41,418 nucleotides of DNA, taken from Patescibacteria group bacterium. Its GTDB lineage: Bacteria; Patescibacteriota; Minisyncoccia; Moranbacterales; UBA2206. The notes under the pieces are model-generated. The model searched no databases. It had not been told where the DNA came from and saw only the letters and a program-made list of their open reading frames with translations. Location of the stretch: contig JBBTUK010000009.1 of the NCBI GenBank assembly GCA_038063775.1, positions 21,379 to 62,796 of the forward strand, read 5' to 3'. Below, in pieces: positions 30,255 to 40,379 of this stretch. Position numbers and translations under genes: made by a program. The stretch's first letter is position 1, and each line of letters opens with the position of its first letter.

Positions 30255-30538
30255 TAAAATTGTGTTTTAACCAGAATCACCAGCAGAGTCGCCAGGAGAA
30301 AAAAAAGCAGCCGGGTTTTTCTCTGATAATTCTTAAAATTTTTGTAAGAAAACTTGACTGATTGCGGTCCTTGGCTCTGAAAAATGAGCGGGAAAGAAAC
30401 TCCGGAACTCCGGGTAAGAACGATGACATGCCCGCAGAGCATGAGAACCGTTTTATAAAAATTTATTGTCACTTCGGAAGCCCCGGCGGACTGGAGTTTT
30501 TCAATCTTTGCTTTGATATTGGTATAGGCTTTTTGCAT
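30254..30538 (-). CDS. hypothetical 94-aa protein with a C-terminal TM helix
   Basis: Its stop overlaps the ftsK start (TAATG), which suggests coupling. I recognise no motifs. Confidence 0.35.
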   Translation of the reverse strand: MQKAYTNIKAKIEKLQSAGASEVTINFYKTVLMLCGHVIVLTRSSGVSFPLIFQSQGPQSVKFSYKNFKNYQRKTRLLFFLLATLLVILVKTQF

Positions 30539-30545
30539 ATTCCTG

Positions 30546-30929
30546 TTAGGCTTTTACATATTTTTTAACAATTTCCGCCAGTTGCTTCGGCGTGACTTGC
30601 GCTTTGATCACATATTCTTTGGCACCCAGCCTCATGGCTTCCGCTTTATCTGCTTCATTATATAAGTTGGTATGCATTATCACCGGCACATCTTTGGTTT
30701 TTTGATTTTCTCTTATTTTTTTCAAGACAAAAAAACCGTCTCCATCCGGCATCACAATGTCCAAAATCACCATATCCGGTTCGTTTTCTTCAATCAGGCG
30801 CAGTCCTTCTTGGCCGCTTTTGGCTATTCCGACGCTAAAACCCATCAGGCTTAGCGCTTCGTCATACATAGCGCCAAGCACTTCGTCGTCCTCGACCAAA
30901 ACCACTCTTATTCTTTTTTTATTTTCCAT
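30546..30929 (-). CDS. single-domain response regulator (CheY-like receiver)
   Basis: RVVLVEDDEV...DMVILDIVMPDGDG...PVIMHTN...KEYVIK. The start ATG 30929 lies 6 nt after a TGcTATTAT extended -10, so the mRNA looks leaderless. Confidence 0.8.
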   Translation of the reverse strand: MENKKRIRVVLVEDDEVLGAMYDEALSLMGFSVGIAKSGQEGLRLIEENEPDMVILDIVMPDGDGFFVLKKIRENQKTKDVPVIMHTNLYNEADKAEAMRLGAKEYVIKAQVTPKQLAEIVKKYVKA

Positions 30930-30976
30930 ACTTATATAATAGCACAAATTTGTTCCCGAAAAAACACAAAAAATAA

Positions 30977-30996
30977 CCCCCCGCTGCACGGGGGCT
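30977..30996 (-). terminator. intrinsic terminator after rpoC
   Basis: The minus strand reads agcccccg-tgcag-cgggggg followed by ttatttttt. Confidence 0.65.
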
Positions 30997-31005
30997 ATTT
31001 TTGTC

Positions 31006-34000
31006 TTACTCTTTGCTCCTGAACCCGGTTCCCGCCGGGATAAGTTTGCCCAAAATCACATTCTCTTTGAGTCCTCTCAGTTTATCTTCTTTCCCTTCCA
31101 CGGCGGCATTGATGAGAATCCTGGCCGTTTCCTGAAAGGAAGCAGCGGATAAAAAGCTTTCGGTTGACAGTGCAACCTTTGTGATTCCAAGCAGCATCCT
31201 TTCGCCCTTGGCCAGAAGCTGTCCGCTGGCTTTGACTTTTTCGTTTACCTCTTCAAATTCATCTTTTTCAATTATATCTCCGATTAAAAGCGTCGTATCT
31301 CCCGGATCGCTTACATTAACCCGGCTGAACATTTGCCTGATTATAATTTCAATATGTTTGTCATTGATGCCTTCTCCCTGGGAAGCGTAAATTTCCTGAA
31401 TTTCACGGATTATATACCGGTGAACTTCTTCCTGGCCCCGAATCCGGTAGAGATTTTTGAGATCGATATTTCCTTCATTAAGCTTGGAACCTTTCCCGAC
31501 AAGCTCTCCCTTGAAAACCTTGACGGTGCTGCCAGCGGGAATTTCGTATTCAACAACTTTTTTATTCTTATCTTGGGTCTCGATCTTCACGCTGATTATT
31601 TTATCCGCGTTTTCAATGTCAATGACTTTTCCGTCAATTTCAGTGATTACCGCTTCTCCTTTCGGCAGTCTGGCTTCAAATAATTCAACCACGCGGGGCA
31701 AACCTTGGGTGATATCCGATCCGGCCACGCCCCCGACATGGAAAGTCCGCATCGTTAACTGGGTGCCCGGCTCGCCGATGGCCTGCGCGGCGACGATTCC
31801 AACCGCCTGCCCTATCTGCACCAGCCCGCCCCTGCCTAGATCAATCCCGTAGCATTTTTGACAAATTCCTCTTCGGGTTTTGCAAGTTATGGAAGATCTG
31901 ATTTTAGCTTTGTCAATTACCAATTTTTCAATTGCATTTCCCTGTTCTTTGGAAACCAAGCTACCCTTCTTTACCGCCACTTCTTTCGTTTTGGGGTTGA
32001 TAATGTCCTCGGCAAGAACACGGCCCACAATTCTGTTGTAAAAATTTTGGCCGATCCGATCAGAGTCTTCTTTATAAACATAAACGCCTTCTTTGCCTTT
32101 ACAGTCTTCTTCCTGAATTATAACGTCTTGAGAAACATCTACCAGTCTTCTGGTGAGATAGCCGGCCGTGGCGGTTCGGAGCGCAGTATCGGCCATACCC
32201 TTTCTGGCGCCGTGCGTAGAGATAAAATATTCCAAAACATTCAGGCCTTCCTTGAAACAGCTCTTGATCGGCAACTCAATGGTTTCTCCGGTCGGACCGG
32301 CCATGAGCCCTTTCATCCCGGCCATTTGCACGACCACCGCTTCAGAGCCGCGGGCTTTAGAATAAACCATGGCATAGACCGGCCCTTCCTTGTCTATGGA
32401 TTCTCTCAGAGCCTCAGTGATTTTATTTTTCGCATTGTTCCAAATCTCGATTGCTTGCCCTTTTCTCTCTTCTTCGGTCAGCAGTCCCATATTATACTGT
32501 TTTTTTATAATTTCTACCTGCTCTTTCGCTACCCGCAAAATTTCTTTTTTCTTTTCCGGAGTTTTCAGGTCCCCCATGCCCCAGCTAATTCCGGATTTTG
32601 ACACGGACTCAAAGCCAAGGTCTTTGATCTTGTCGACAAAAATAGCAGTTCCATCCAACCCGACAGTCTGAATGACCTTAGCCACCAGAGATTTTAGCTC
32701 TTTCTTCGTCATTTCTTCATTGATAAATCTAAGTTCCGCGGGGATAATTTCATTCAGCTTTATTCTCCCGACAGAAGTTTCAATGACTTTGCCATTATAA
32801 GAAATTTTTACTTTGGCCCGTATATCAACATGTCCCAATTCATAGGCCAAAATCGCCTCATCGACTGAATAAAAATATTTACCTTCTCCCTTGGCTCCGC
32901 TCACCAAATGGGTAATATAATAACAGCCTAAAACCATATCCAGAGTTGGAGTGGTAATTGGTTCGCCGCTGGCCGGTTTCAAAAGATTTTTGGTGCTGAG
33001 CATGAGGTTCTCACATTCCCAACGCGCTTTATCCGTCAGCGGAACGTGCGCAGCCATTTGGTCTCCATCGAAGTCAGCATTAAAAGCCGAACAAACCATT
33101 GGATGAACCTGGATAGCCTTTCCCTCGATAAGCACCGGATGGAAAGCTTGGATGCTCAAACGGTGAAGGGTTGGCGCACGATTTAACATTACATAATGAT
33201 GGGAAATTATTTCGTCCAGGATTTCGTAGGATTTTTCATGTTCCGCCTCTACCATTTTTCCGGCATTCCTCACATTGTAAGCCAGCTCTCTTTCAATCAG
33301 CTTGTTGATGATAAAAGGCTTGAAAAGTTCCAATGCCATTTTTTTGGGAATACCGCATTGGTGCAATTTCAATTTGGGTCCGACCACGATAACGCTACGG
33401 CCTGAATAATCAACCCTCTTTCCGAGAAGATTTTGCCGGAAACGCCCTTGCTTGCCTTTGAGAGTATCAGCCAGAGATCTAAGCGCTCTCCGCTGACCGG
33501 TTGAGGCCGTCACACTGACTTGCCCGCGACGGGCGCTGTTGTCAAAAAGCGCGTCCACGGCTTCCTGCAGCATCCTTTTTTCGTTTCGAGTAATCACTTC
33601 TGGCGCGCCGATTTCAATCAGCCGCTTTAGCCGGTTATTGCGATTAATAATTCGGCGATATAAATCATTCAGATCGGAAGTGGCGAAACGTCCTCCATCC
33701 AAAGCCACCATAGGTCGCAGATCCGGAGGAATAACCGGAATAACCGCCGGCATCATCCACTTCAATTGCAATTCGGCATTGATAAATCCTTGGAAAAATT
33801 TGATTCTTTTTAGGATTTTTTTTCTGTCTATCGACTCTTCGCTGGTCAATTCTTTTTTTAATTTCTTTATTTCCTCTTGTAGATTGATGCTTTCTAAAAT
33901 TTTTCGGATAGCTTCCGCTCCGATTCCAGCTTTGAAGACTTGTCCATAGCGGGAAGATAAATTAAAATATTCCAGTTCGGAAATTATCCGCTGTTTAGAA

Positions 34001-34581
34001 AGATTTTTAAGTTCTTCTTTGGCAGTTTTGTAAATGGCCTTCAGCTCTTCCATCTTCTTCTCCTTGCTTTGCTCGTCGAGTTTGCCAATTTCTTTTTGCT
34101 TGGCTTTAAATTCCTGATCCAGTTGCGTGATGGCTCTTTCTCTCTCTTTTTCATCCACCTCAAGAATAATATAGCTGGCAAAATAAATAATCTTCTCCAA
34201 TTCTTGCGGGCTCATATTCAAAGCCAGGCCGATTTTGGACGGAACCCCTCTCAAAAACCAAATATGGGAAACCGGCACCGCTAGCTTAATGTGCCCCATT
34301 CTCTCCCGACGGACGCTCGATCTGGTCACTTCCACTCCGCATTTGTCGCAAACGATTCCTTTATACCTGATGCGCTTGTATTTTCCGCAATAACACTCCC
34401 AGTCCTTGGAAGGACCGAATATTTTCTCGTCAAAAAGTCCGTCTTTTTCGTAACGCTGAGTCCGATAATTTATTGTTTCGGGCTTGGTGACTTCTCCATG
34501 CGACCACTCCAAAATCTCTTCCGGACTGGCCAGTTTTATTTTAACTCCGTTAAAGTCACTAACTCTGGTAATTGATTCCAT
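31006..34581 (-). CDS. rpoC: DNA-directed RNA polymerase subunit beta'
   Basis: 1191 aa with the NADFDGD catalytic motif and zinc-binding CYCGKYKRIRYKGIVCDKCGVEV. Confidence 0.97.
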   Translation of the reverse strand: MESITRVSDFNGVKIKLASPEEILEWSHGEVTKPETINYRTQRYEKDGLFDEKIFGPSKDWECYCGKYKRIRYKGIVCDKCGVEVTRSSVRRERMGHIKLAVPVSHIWFLRGVPSKIGLALNMSPQELEKIIYFASYIILEVDEKERERAITQLDQEFKAKQKEIGKLDEQSKEKKMEELKAIYKTAKEELKNLSKQRIISELEYFNLSSRYGQVFKAGIGAEAIRKILESINLQEEIKKLKKELTSEESIDRKKILKRIKFFQGFINAELQLKWMMPAVIPVIPPDLRPMVALDGGRFATSDLNDLYRRIINRNNRLKRLIEIGAPEVITRNEKRMLQEAVDALFDNSARRGQVSVTASTGQRRALRSLADTLKGKQGRFRQNLLGKRVDYSGRSVIVVGPKLKLHQCGIPKKMALELFKPFIINKLIERELAYNVRNAGKMVEAEHEKSYEILDEIISHHYVMLNRAPTLHRLSIQAFHPVLIEGKAIQVHPMVCSAFNADFDGDQMAAHVPLTDKARWECENLMLSTKNLLKPASGEPITTPTLDMVLGCYYITHLVSGAKGEGKYFYSVDEAILAYELGHVDIRAKVKISYNGKVIETSVGRIKLNEIIPAELRFINEEMTKKELKSLVAKVIQTVGLDGTAIFVDKIKDLGFESVSKSGISWGMGDLKTPEKKKEILRVAKEQVEIIKKQYNMGLLTEEERKGQAIEIWNNAKNKITEALRESIDKEGPVYAMVYSKARGSEAVVVQMAGMKGLMAGPTGETIELPIKSCFKEGLNVLEYFISTHGARKGMADTALRTATAGYLTRRLVDVSQDVIIQEEDCKGKEGVYVYKEDSDRIGQNFYNRIVGRVLAEDIINPKTKEVAVKKGSLVSKEQGNAIEKLVIDKAKIRSSITCKTRRGICQKCYGIDLGRGGLVQIGQAVGIVAAQAIGEPGTQLTMRTFHVGGVAGSDITQGLPRVVELFEARLPKGEAVITEIDGKVIDIENADKIISVKIETQDKNKKVVEYEIPAGSTVKVFKGELVGKGSKLNEGNIDLKNLYRIRGQEEVHRYIIREIQEIYASQGEGINDKHIEIIIRQMFSRVNVSDPGDTTLLIGDIIEKDEFEEVNEKVKASGQLLAKGERMLLGITKVALSTESFLSAASFQETARILINAAVEGKEDKLRGLKENVILGKLIPAGTGFRSKE

Positions 34582-34617
34582 AACTTATATTGATTACTGA
34601 ACTAATTTAATCAAAAA

Positions 34618-37600
34618 TTATTCCTGATTGGGATCTTTTTCCTCTCCTTCAATTTCTTTTTTCGCGCCAGTCAGTTCCACGCCCAAACCCAGACCCTTTA
34701 ATTCATTTACCAAAACATTAAAAGAGGTCGGGATATTCGGGCTTTTTATCGCTTCACCCTTAATAATTGATTCATAAGCTTTTGATCTACCCATCACATC
34801 ATCTGATTTTATCGTGAGCATTTCCTGGAGGGCATAAGCCGCTCCATAGCCTTCCAGCGCCCAGACTTCCATTTCTCCAAAGCGCTGTCCTCCAAATTGC
34901 GCTTTTCCCCCCAAAGGTTGCTGAGTGATCAAAGAATAGGGTCCGATGGAGCGCATATGGATCTTGTCGTCCACCAGATGATGCAGTTTCATGACATACA
35001 TAACTCCCACCGTCGATTTAGTATCAAAATATTCTCCGGTTCTGCCATTTACCAATCTTATTTTCCCATCTTCCGGCAAGGCGGCTCTCTTGAGCTCTTC
35101 CCGTATCTGCGCCTCCGTAACTCCTTCCAGGGCCGGAGAAGCGGCTTTATAGCCAAGCTTTAAGGCTGCCCAGCCCAAATGAGTTTCCAATATCTGCCCG
35201 ATATTCATACGGCTGGCCACGCCCAAAGGATTTAAAATCATATCCACCGGGGTGCCGTCCGGCAGATAAGGCATATCTTCCGCGGTGGCAATTTTCGAAA
35301 TAACTCCTTTGTTTCCGTGCCGACCGGCCAGTTTATCTCCAACAGAAATCTTTTTGAGTTGCGCGACTGAAACCTGGATCTGCTGGATGACGCCAGTCGA
35401 AAGCTTATCGCCTTGTTCCCGCGAAAATATTTTTATATCCACTACTTTTCCATATTCGCCGTGCGGCAGATAAAGCGAACTGTCCTTAACGTCTCTGGAT
35501 TTTTCTCCAAAAATAGCTCGCAGTAATCGTTCCTCGCTCGTCAGGTCCCCTTCGCCTTTGGGAGAAATTTTTCCAGTCAGGATATCTCCCGATTTGACTT
35601 CCGCTCCGATGCGAATAATTCCGGTTTCATCCAGATTTTTCAATCTTTCTTCTCCGATGTTGGGAATATCCCGCGTTATCATTTCCGGTCCGAGTTTTGT
35701 GTCGCGCACATCTATGGAAAAGTCTTCGATGTGAATCGAACTGTAGCGGTCATCCTGGACCAGGCGCTCGGAAATAACGATGGCATCTTCATAGTTGAAC
35801 CCTTCCCATGGTATGAAAGCCACCAGCACATTTTGTCCGAGCGATAGTTCACCGTGATCGGTGGAAGCGCCATCGGCTAAAAGCTGGCCCTTTTTTACCT
35901 TATCCCCCTTATTCACTCGTGGTATCTGGTTCATGGAAGTAAAGGCATTTGATTTGGCAAAACTTTGTAGCCGATATTCTCTTTTGTAAAAAGGTTTTTT
36001 GGCTCCGGCGGGAGTTTCTTCTTTCACAATAATATGATTGCTGTCCACTTCCGTAACAACTCCTTCGAAGCAAGCGATTACGACTTGTCCTGAATCAGCC
36101 GCGGCCTTATCTTCAATTCCGGTGCCGACCAGTGGCGCTTGCGGTTTGACGCACGAAACCGCTTGGCGTTGCATATTTGAACCCATGAGCGCCCGGTTGG
36201 CGTCATCGTGTTCTAGAAAAGGGATAAGAGAAGTGGCTACGGAAATCATTTGCTTGGCTGAAACATCCATATAATCTAGTTTCTCGGCTTCAATCTCAGC
36301 CGCGTTGCCTTTGACCCTGGCTTCTACGATCTGCTCTAAAATATTTCCATGTTTATCCACACTGACTCCGACATGAGCGATACTTTTTCTGTCTTCTTTG
36401 GCTGCGTTAACATATGCGATTTCTTTACTCACCCACGGGTTGATCTTTATCGTCTTGTATTTTTTATTTTTGGAAATTTTCTTAGCCGCCGCTTCATCGA
36501 TTTTTGTTCCGGTTTTTATTCCATCTACGTCTTCCCGCAAAATCTTGTGCAAAATATTTTCTTCGCTGTTTTCTATCTCCTTATAGACTTTCAGATAAGG
36601 AGTTTCCAAAAATCCGTATTCATTGACTTTTGCATATGTGGCCAAGTGGCCGACCAGCCCGATGTTCGGGCCTTCTGGAGTTTCCACTGGGCAAATCCTC
36701 CCGTAATGAGAATGATGGACATCTCTGACTTCAAAACCCGCCCGTTCACGTGTAAGGCCGCCCGGCCCCATGGCGGAAAGCCTTCGTTTATGTTCGAGTT
36801 CTGCTAGCGGATTGACTTGGTCCATAAATTGGGATAATTGCGAGCTGGCAAAAAATTCCTTGATCGCCGCCGCGATTGGCCGCGAATTGACCAGCTGTCC
36901 GGGCACAACCAAAGTAATGTCGCAAGTGCTCATCCGGTCTTTAATGTTGCGCACCATTCTGGATAGCCCGACGCGCAATTTATTCTGCACGAGCTCGCCG
37001 ACGGAACGCACTCTTCGGTTGCCCAAATGATCGATATCATCGGCCTGGGCCGCTTTATCATTGTTAAGCTTTATGATTTCCTTTATTATTGCAATTAAAT
37101 CTTCCCGGCGCAGCACCCGATATTCTTCGGTATGGGGAAAATCAACTTCCAGCCTTTGGTTCAGCCGGTATCTTCCGACATCCCCGAAATCATAACGTTC
37201 AAAATTAAAAAACATCGCGTTGATCATTTGCTTGGCGTTATCTTCCGTCGCAAAGTCACCGGGACGAATTCTTTTATAAACTTCTTTATACCCTTCGCCT
37301 TGATTTTTCGCCGCATCCTTGGTTATGGTTTCTGCTATATGCTTCGTTTCACCGATATCGACCTCCTGGAAAAGTTTCAGTAATTCTTTGTCCGTGGAAA
37401 ATCCAAAAGCCCTGAGCAGAGATGTGACAGGTACCTTTCTTTTGCGATCTATTTTTACCGACAAAACACCCTCGAAATCCGTGTCGATTTCGAGCCAAGC
37501 CCCGCGGTTAGGAATAATCTTCGCGCCGAAAAGTTTCTTGCCTTTCTGGTAATTCATGGTGAAGAAAACACCCGGACTTCTGATCAGTTGGCTCACTACG

Positions 37601-38025
37601 ACGCGCTCGACGCCGTTGATGATGAAAGTTCCCCGCTCTGTCATGATGGGGAAGTCACCGAGATAAATTTCCTGCTCCTTTATTTCTCCGGTCTTCTTGA
37701 TGATCAGCTTGACTTTGCACCTGAGCGGCGCTTCAAAAGATATGTTCTTGTTTTTTGCCGTTACCTCGTCATATTTCGGCTCATCCAGGTAATAGTCTTC
37801 AAAAAATAATTCCAAATCTTTCCCCGTGAAATCAGTAATGGGGTTTATTTCCTTCAAAAGTTCCCTCAGGCCTTTTTCCAAAAAATGAGCATACGAATTT
37901 ATCTGGGTTTCAATCAGATTGGGCAGGGAGACCATTGACATCGATTTAAAGAACTTTCTTTTGGACAATGAAGACTCTGAATTAAAGGTATCTTTAACCT
38001 TTAATTCCTTTTGGACTTTAAGCAT
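34618..38025 (-). CDS. rpoB: DNA-directed RNA polymerase subunit beta
   Basis: 1135 aa: GDKLAGRHGNKGV, and the rif-cluster region SQLSQFMDQVNPL. A GGAGAG Shine-Dalgarno lies 9 nt upstream. Confidence 0.97.
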   Translation of the reverse strand: MLKVQKELKVKDTFNSESSLSKRKFFKSMSMVSLPNLIETQINSYAHFLEKGLRELLKEINPITDFTGKDLELFFEDYYLDEPKYDEVTAKNKNISFEAPLRCKVKLIIKKTGEIKEQEIYLGDFPIMTERGTFIINGVERVVVSQLIRSPGVFFTMNYQKGKKLFGAKIIPNRGAWLEIDTDFEGVLSVKIDRKRKVPVTSLLRAFGFSTDKELLKLFQEVDIGETKHIAETITKDAAKNQGEGYKEVYKRIRPGDFATEDNAKQMINAMFFNFERYDFGDVGRYRLNQRLEVDFPHTEEYRVLRREDLIAIIKEIIKLNNDKAAQADDIDHLGNRRVRSVGELVQNKLRVGLSRMVRNIKDRMSTCDITLVVPGQLVNSRPIAAAIKEFFASSQLSQFMDQVNPLAELEHKRRLSAMGPGGLTRERAGFEVRDVHHSHYGRICPVETPEGPNIGLVGHLATYAKVNEYGFLETPYLKVYKEIENSEENILHKILREDVDGIKTGTKIDEAAAKKISKNKKYKTIKINPWVSKEIAYVNAAKEDRKSIAHVGVSVDKHGNILEQIVEARVKGNAAEIEAEKLDYMDVSAKQMISVATSLIPFLEHDDANRALMGSNMQRQAVSCVKPQAPLVGTGIEDKAAADSGQVVIACFEGVVTEVDSNHIIVKEETPAGAKKPFYKREYRLQSFAKSNAFTSMNQIPRVNKGDKVKKGQLLADGASTDHGELSLGQNVLVAFIPWEGFNYEDAIVISERLVQDDRYSSIHIEDFSIDVRDTKLGPEMITRDIPNIGEERLKNLDETGIIRIGAEVKSGDILTGKISPKGEGDLTSEERLLRAIFGEKSRDVKDSSLYLPHGEYGKVVDIKIFSREQGDKLSTGVIQQIQVSVAQLKKISVGDKLAGRHGNKGVISKIATAEDMPYLPDGTPVDMILNPLGVASRMNIGQILETHLGWAALKLGYKAASPALEGVTEAQIREELKRAALPEDGKIRLVNGRTGEYFDTKSTVGVMYVMKLHHLVDDKIHMRSIGPYSLITQQPLGGKAQFGGQRFGEMEVWALEGYGAAYALQEMLTIKSDDVMGRSKAYESIIKGEAIKSPNIPTSFNVLVNELKGLGLGVELTGAKKEIEGEEKDPNQE

Positions 38026-38147
38026 ACGAACAACTCTCCTTCCTTACTTATTTCGTTAAATTTCTTAGAAATAAGCAATGATGAATGAGATTATGATAAG
38101 ATTATTTAATTCAAGTCTATTTTAACCCCCTTGACAAACATAGAACC

Positions 38148-38175
38148 ATTATACATGAGCCAAAAATATTTGCAA
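38148..38175 (-). promoter_or_regulatory. candidate rpoB promoter TTGCAA-N16-TATAAT
   Basis: The minus strand reads cTTGCAAatatttttggctcatgTATAAT, about 120 nt upstream of the rpoB ATG. Confidence 0.5.
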
Positions 38176-38395
38176 GTATTAATTTTACTTTTCTACGAGA
38201 AATAAGGGTGATTTTGCCTACTTTTGGATATTTTGCTTTATTTGAGCCTTCGTTTTTTTACTTCCAAATCTCTCGAGATTTTCCTAAATTAGACTTATCC
38301 TTGAGTTATCCACAACGTAAAATGAAATTTACGCTCAGAGCGAATTTCATCACGGGTAACACCTCGGCGATAAAGTTTAATTTACGGAGCACGCT

Positions 38396-38668
38396 TCAAA
38401 TCCTTTTCCTGGCCCAATTAAAAGAATCGGCTATGGACTTGGCAATCCGATAAGTTGTATAAGAATCATCCATATCCGCTTCCAGTTGCATTCTGTCAAT
38501 ATCCTTTGTTCCCAGTTTGCTTTTTTTCAGAAGCTTATCGATGCTTGGCAGAAGTTTCTCCGCTAAATTCCGCTCCTCTGGAAAAACCACCTTATCCAAA
38601 ATATCATTGTTACTTTTGAGAAAAATACTGATTATATTTTTCTCGATTTTAATCTTGATGTTCATCAA
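38396..38668 (-). CDS. hypothetical 90-aa protein
   Basis: An ORF only, with no recognisable motif. A hairpin at 38322-38350 plus a short T-run lies downstream on the minus strand. Confidence 0.4.
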   Translation of the reverse strand: MMNIKIKIEKNIISIFLKSNNDILDKVVFPEERNLAEKLLPSIDKLLKKSKLGTKDIDRMQLEADMDDSYTTYRIAKSIADSFNWARKRI

Positions 38669-38721
38669 TCTGGCTTGTATAATTATTTTCGCCTGTAGCT
38701 CTGCGAAATTTAGTAATTACT

Positions 38722-38772
38722 AAAAAAACTAGGCTGGACAGATAAGTCAGAACCAGAAGACCTGTTAGAGCC
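38722..38772 (-). terminator. extended imperfect hairpin + T7 after the amidase gene
   Basis: The minus strand reads ggctctaacaggtcttctggttctgacttatctgtccagcc tag ttttttt. Confidence 0.55.
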
Positions 38773-38803
38773 ACGGGTGGTGCTTATTTACTTTATACAG
38801 ACC

Positions 38804-39547
38804 CTAATCCATTTTATTCCAGTCAAAGTTCCAGGGGTCGTCCTTTCTTCCAGGAGCTATTTGGCTATGGCCTAGAACATATTTTATTTTATATCGCCCT
38901 TTTATATATTTTAGCAGATTATTGAGAGAATCATATTGTTTATCGGTAAAATTGCCATCCTTGGTGTTCATGAGCTCAATACCGATAGAAGTCTCATTAA
39001 CATTGGTCCGGCCGTCCGGCAAACTACTCACTCCAGCATGATATGCAATGTTTTTTTCCTCGACCAGACGATAGATCGTTCCGCCCCGGTCAACAAGATA
39101 GTGGGCAGAAACTCCATAGCTTTCATATTCCTTGATAAGCCCCTTGACGCTGAAAGGGTCGGCTCCCAAAGCGTCATAGGATGAATGGATAATTATAGTG
39201 TCAATGGTCCGACCGGCAGATTTTTCAAATCCGCTGGATAGAAGCTTGTCAACAATCGCGAATTTTGGGGACGAATTATTAGTGTTTTTCGGCGGTTCGG
39301 TCAGTACTGGTTCTTTTTTAATTTCGCCCTCCGTTTTTTCCGGAATTTTTTCCGGTTCGGGAATAATTTCTGCATTCTCGCTTTCCGGCTGGCTGTTTGA
39401 TAAAATATCGTCTGTTTGATAATTATTTTCCAGTATTATTTCTTTCTTGCTCGTGGCGGAAAATAACGGCAGCCAAAAAACGCCGGTTATGATAACCAGT
39501 AGCGCCATTGCTATTGCTATTGTTTTATAGTTCAGATATTTTTTCAT
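38804..39547 (-). CDS. N-acetylmuramoyl-L-alanine amidase (Amidase_2/PGRP family), membrane-anchored
   Basis: IDTIIIHSSYD...AHYLVDRGGTIYRLV...AYHAG...IGIELMN...GHSQIAPGRKDDPWNFDW. I set the start at ATG 39547 (MKKYLNYKT) because the ORF-track start at 39592 lies inside the repeat 39549-39691. Confidence 0.85.
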   Translation of the reverse strand: MKKYLNYKTIAIAMALLVIITGVFWLPLFSATSKKEIILENNYQTDDILSNSQPESENAEIIPEPEKIPEKTEGEIKKEPVLTEPPKNTNNSSPKFAIVDKLLSSGFEKSAGRTIDTIIIHSSYDALGADPFSVKGLIKEYESYGVSAHYLVDRGGTIYRLVEEKNIAYHAGVSSLPDGRTNVNETSIGIELMNTKDGNFTDKQYDSLNNLLKYIKGRYKIKYVLGHSQIAPGRKDDPWNFDWNKMD

Positions 39548-39548
39548 T

Positions 39549-39691
39549 CCCGGTAGTAGAATTTTGGCGTTTACACATGCTAGATTGACCAAAATTCCAT
39601 GAAATTAAAAATTTAAATTAGTTTACCGATTATACATGTCATATTTTTAAAGTTTTTTTCCAAAAAACTTAGCCGAAATTTCACTACTGGG
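39549..39691 (-). repeat. palindromic MITE-like element, subfamily A long form (143 bp), flanked by CATT/CATT (AATG on the gene strand)
   Basis: Arms are cccggtagtagaattttggc ... gccgaaatttcactactggg, with an internal hairpin aagtttttt-gg-aaaaaaactt next to the GTGA arm. It lies between the traX-like stop (TAG, then 1 nt) and the amidase ATG. Confidence 0.8.
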
Positions 39692-39695
39692 CATT

Positions 39696-40358
39696 CTATT
39701 TCGCGAAATATGGCAGCCGACTGATGCCGTAAATTATGACCAGATGGACAGGATAAAAAAAGTAAAAAAAATATTTATTCAGCTGCAGTTTAGGCAAGTT
39801 TTTCGGATAATATAAAACTACAGCCGAACCAAGAAGCCCGAAGGCCTGCCAAGGACTGAGCAAAAAAAAGCCCAGGATATTCACCGCCGCCTGCGCACGC
39901 AAAATAAGTTCCTTTTTTTGGAAGATATGGAAGGCCAGAACAGTTAAAATTCCATACACGGAATAATCTATTGGAATAATAATTGAAAGTAACATAATTA
40001 ATCCAAGCAGTGGATATTTTCTTTTTTCATAAGCGTGGATGGCCAGCAGGCCAAAAAGCAGGGTAAAAAAAATGTTGAGTATTTTTATATGTGTTGCGAT
40101 AAAAAAGGGCACTTGGGTAATAACCGCAAAAATGAATAGTCGTAAGGCATATTTTTTGAAATTGGAAGTGTAAATATATCCTTGCGTCAGATAATAAGCA
40201 AAGATGGGAAATGCCAGCCGGCCGATAACCCTCAAAAAAATCATTTGGGGATAAAGAATAACTCCAATATGGTCAATGACCATCGCGATAACCCCGATTA
40301 TTTTGAGCGTATCGTGCCTGGTATTCTTGATATCGATTTTTTTATTTTTATTTATCAT
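39696..40358 (-). CDS. TraX family membrane protein
   Basis: 220 aa: LKIIGVIAMVIDHIG...IGRLAFPIFAYYLTQGYIYTSNFKKYALRL, the TraX pattern. Confidence 0.75.
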   Translation of the reverse strand: MINKNKKIDIKNTRHDTLKIIGVIAMVIDHIGVILYPQMIFLRVIGRLAFPIFAYYLTQGYIYTSNFKKYALRLFIFAVITQVPFFIATHIKILNIFFTLLFGLLAIHAYEKRKYPLLGLIMLLSIIIPIDYSVYGILTVLAFHIFQKKELILRAQAAVNILGFFLLSPWQAFGLLGSAVVLYYPKNLPKLQLNKYFFYFFYPVHLVIIYGISRLPYFAK

Positions 40359-40379
40359 TCTGATTAAAGAATAACATAC

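Noticed and set aside
31181-37809. Dozens of 60-250-aa ORFs antisense or out of frame within rpoB and rpoC. Similar ORFs lie inside ftsK, recA (25652-26674), rnj (6495-8057), the 791-aa gene and others.
   Set aside because: They are embedded in strongly supported long genes, with biased or low-complexity translations and no independent start or promoter signals.
38306-38314. A perfect DnaA box TTATCCACA, plus three AGTGGATA(A/G) near-boxes at 24852-25146, considered as a possible oriC
   Set aside because: There is a single perfect box, no cluster of correctly spaced boxes, no AT-rich unwinding element that I can define, and no dnaA or dnaN nearby. Evidence is insufficient.
38208-38453. The 81-aa plus-strand ORF between the rpoB promoter and the 38396-38668 gene
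   Set aside because: It has no start context, a low-complexity F/L-rich translation, and it overlaps the 3' end and terminator hairpin of the opposite-strand gene.
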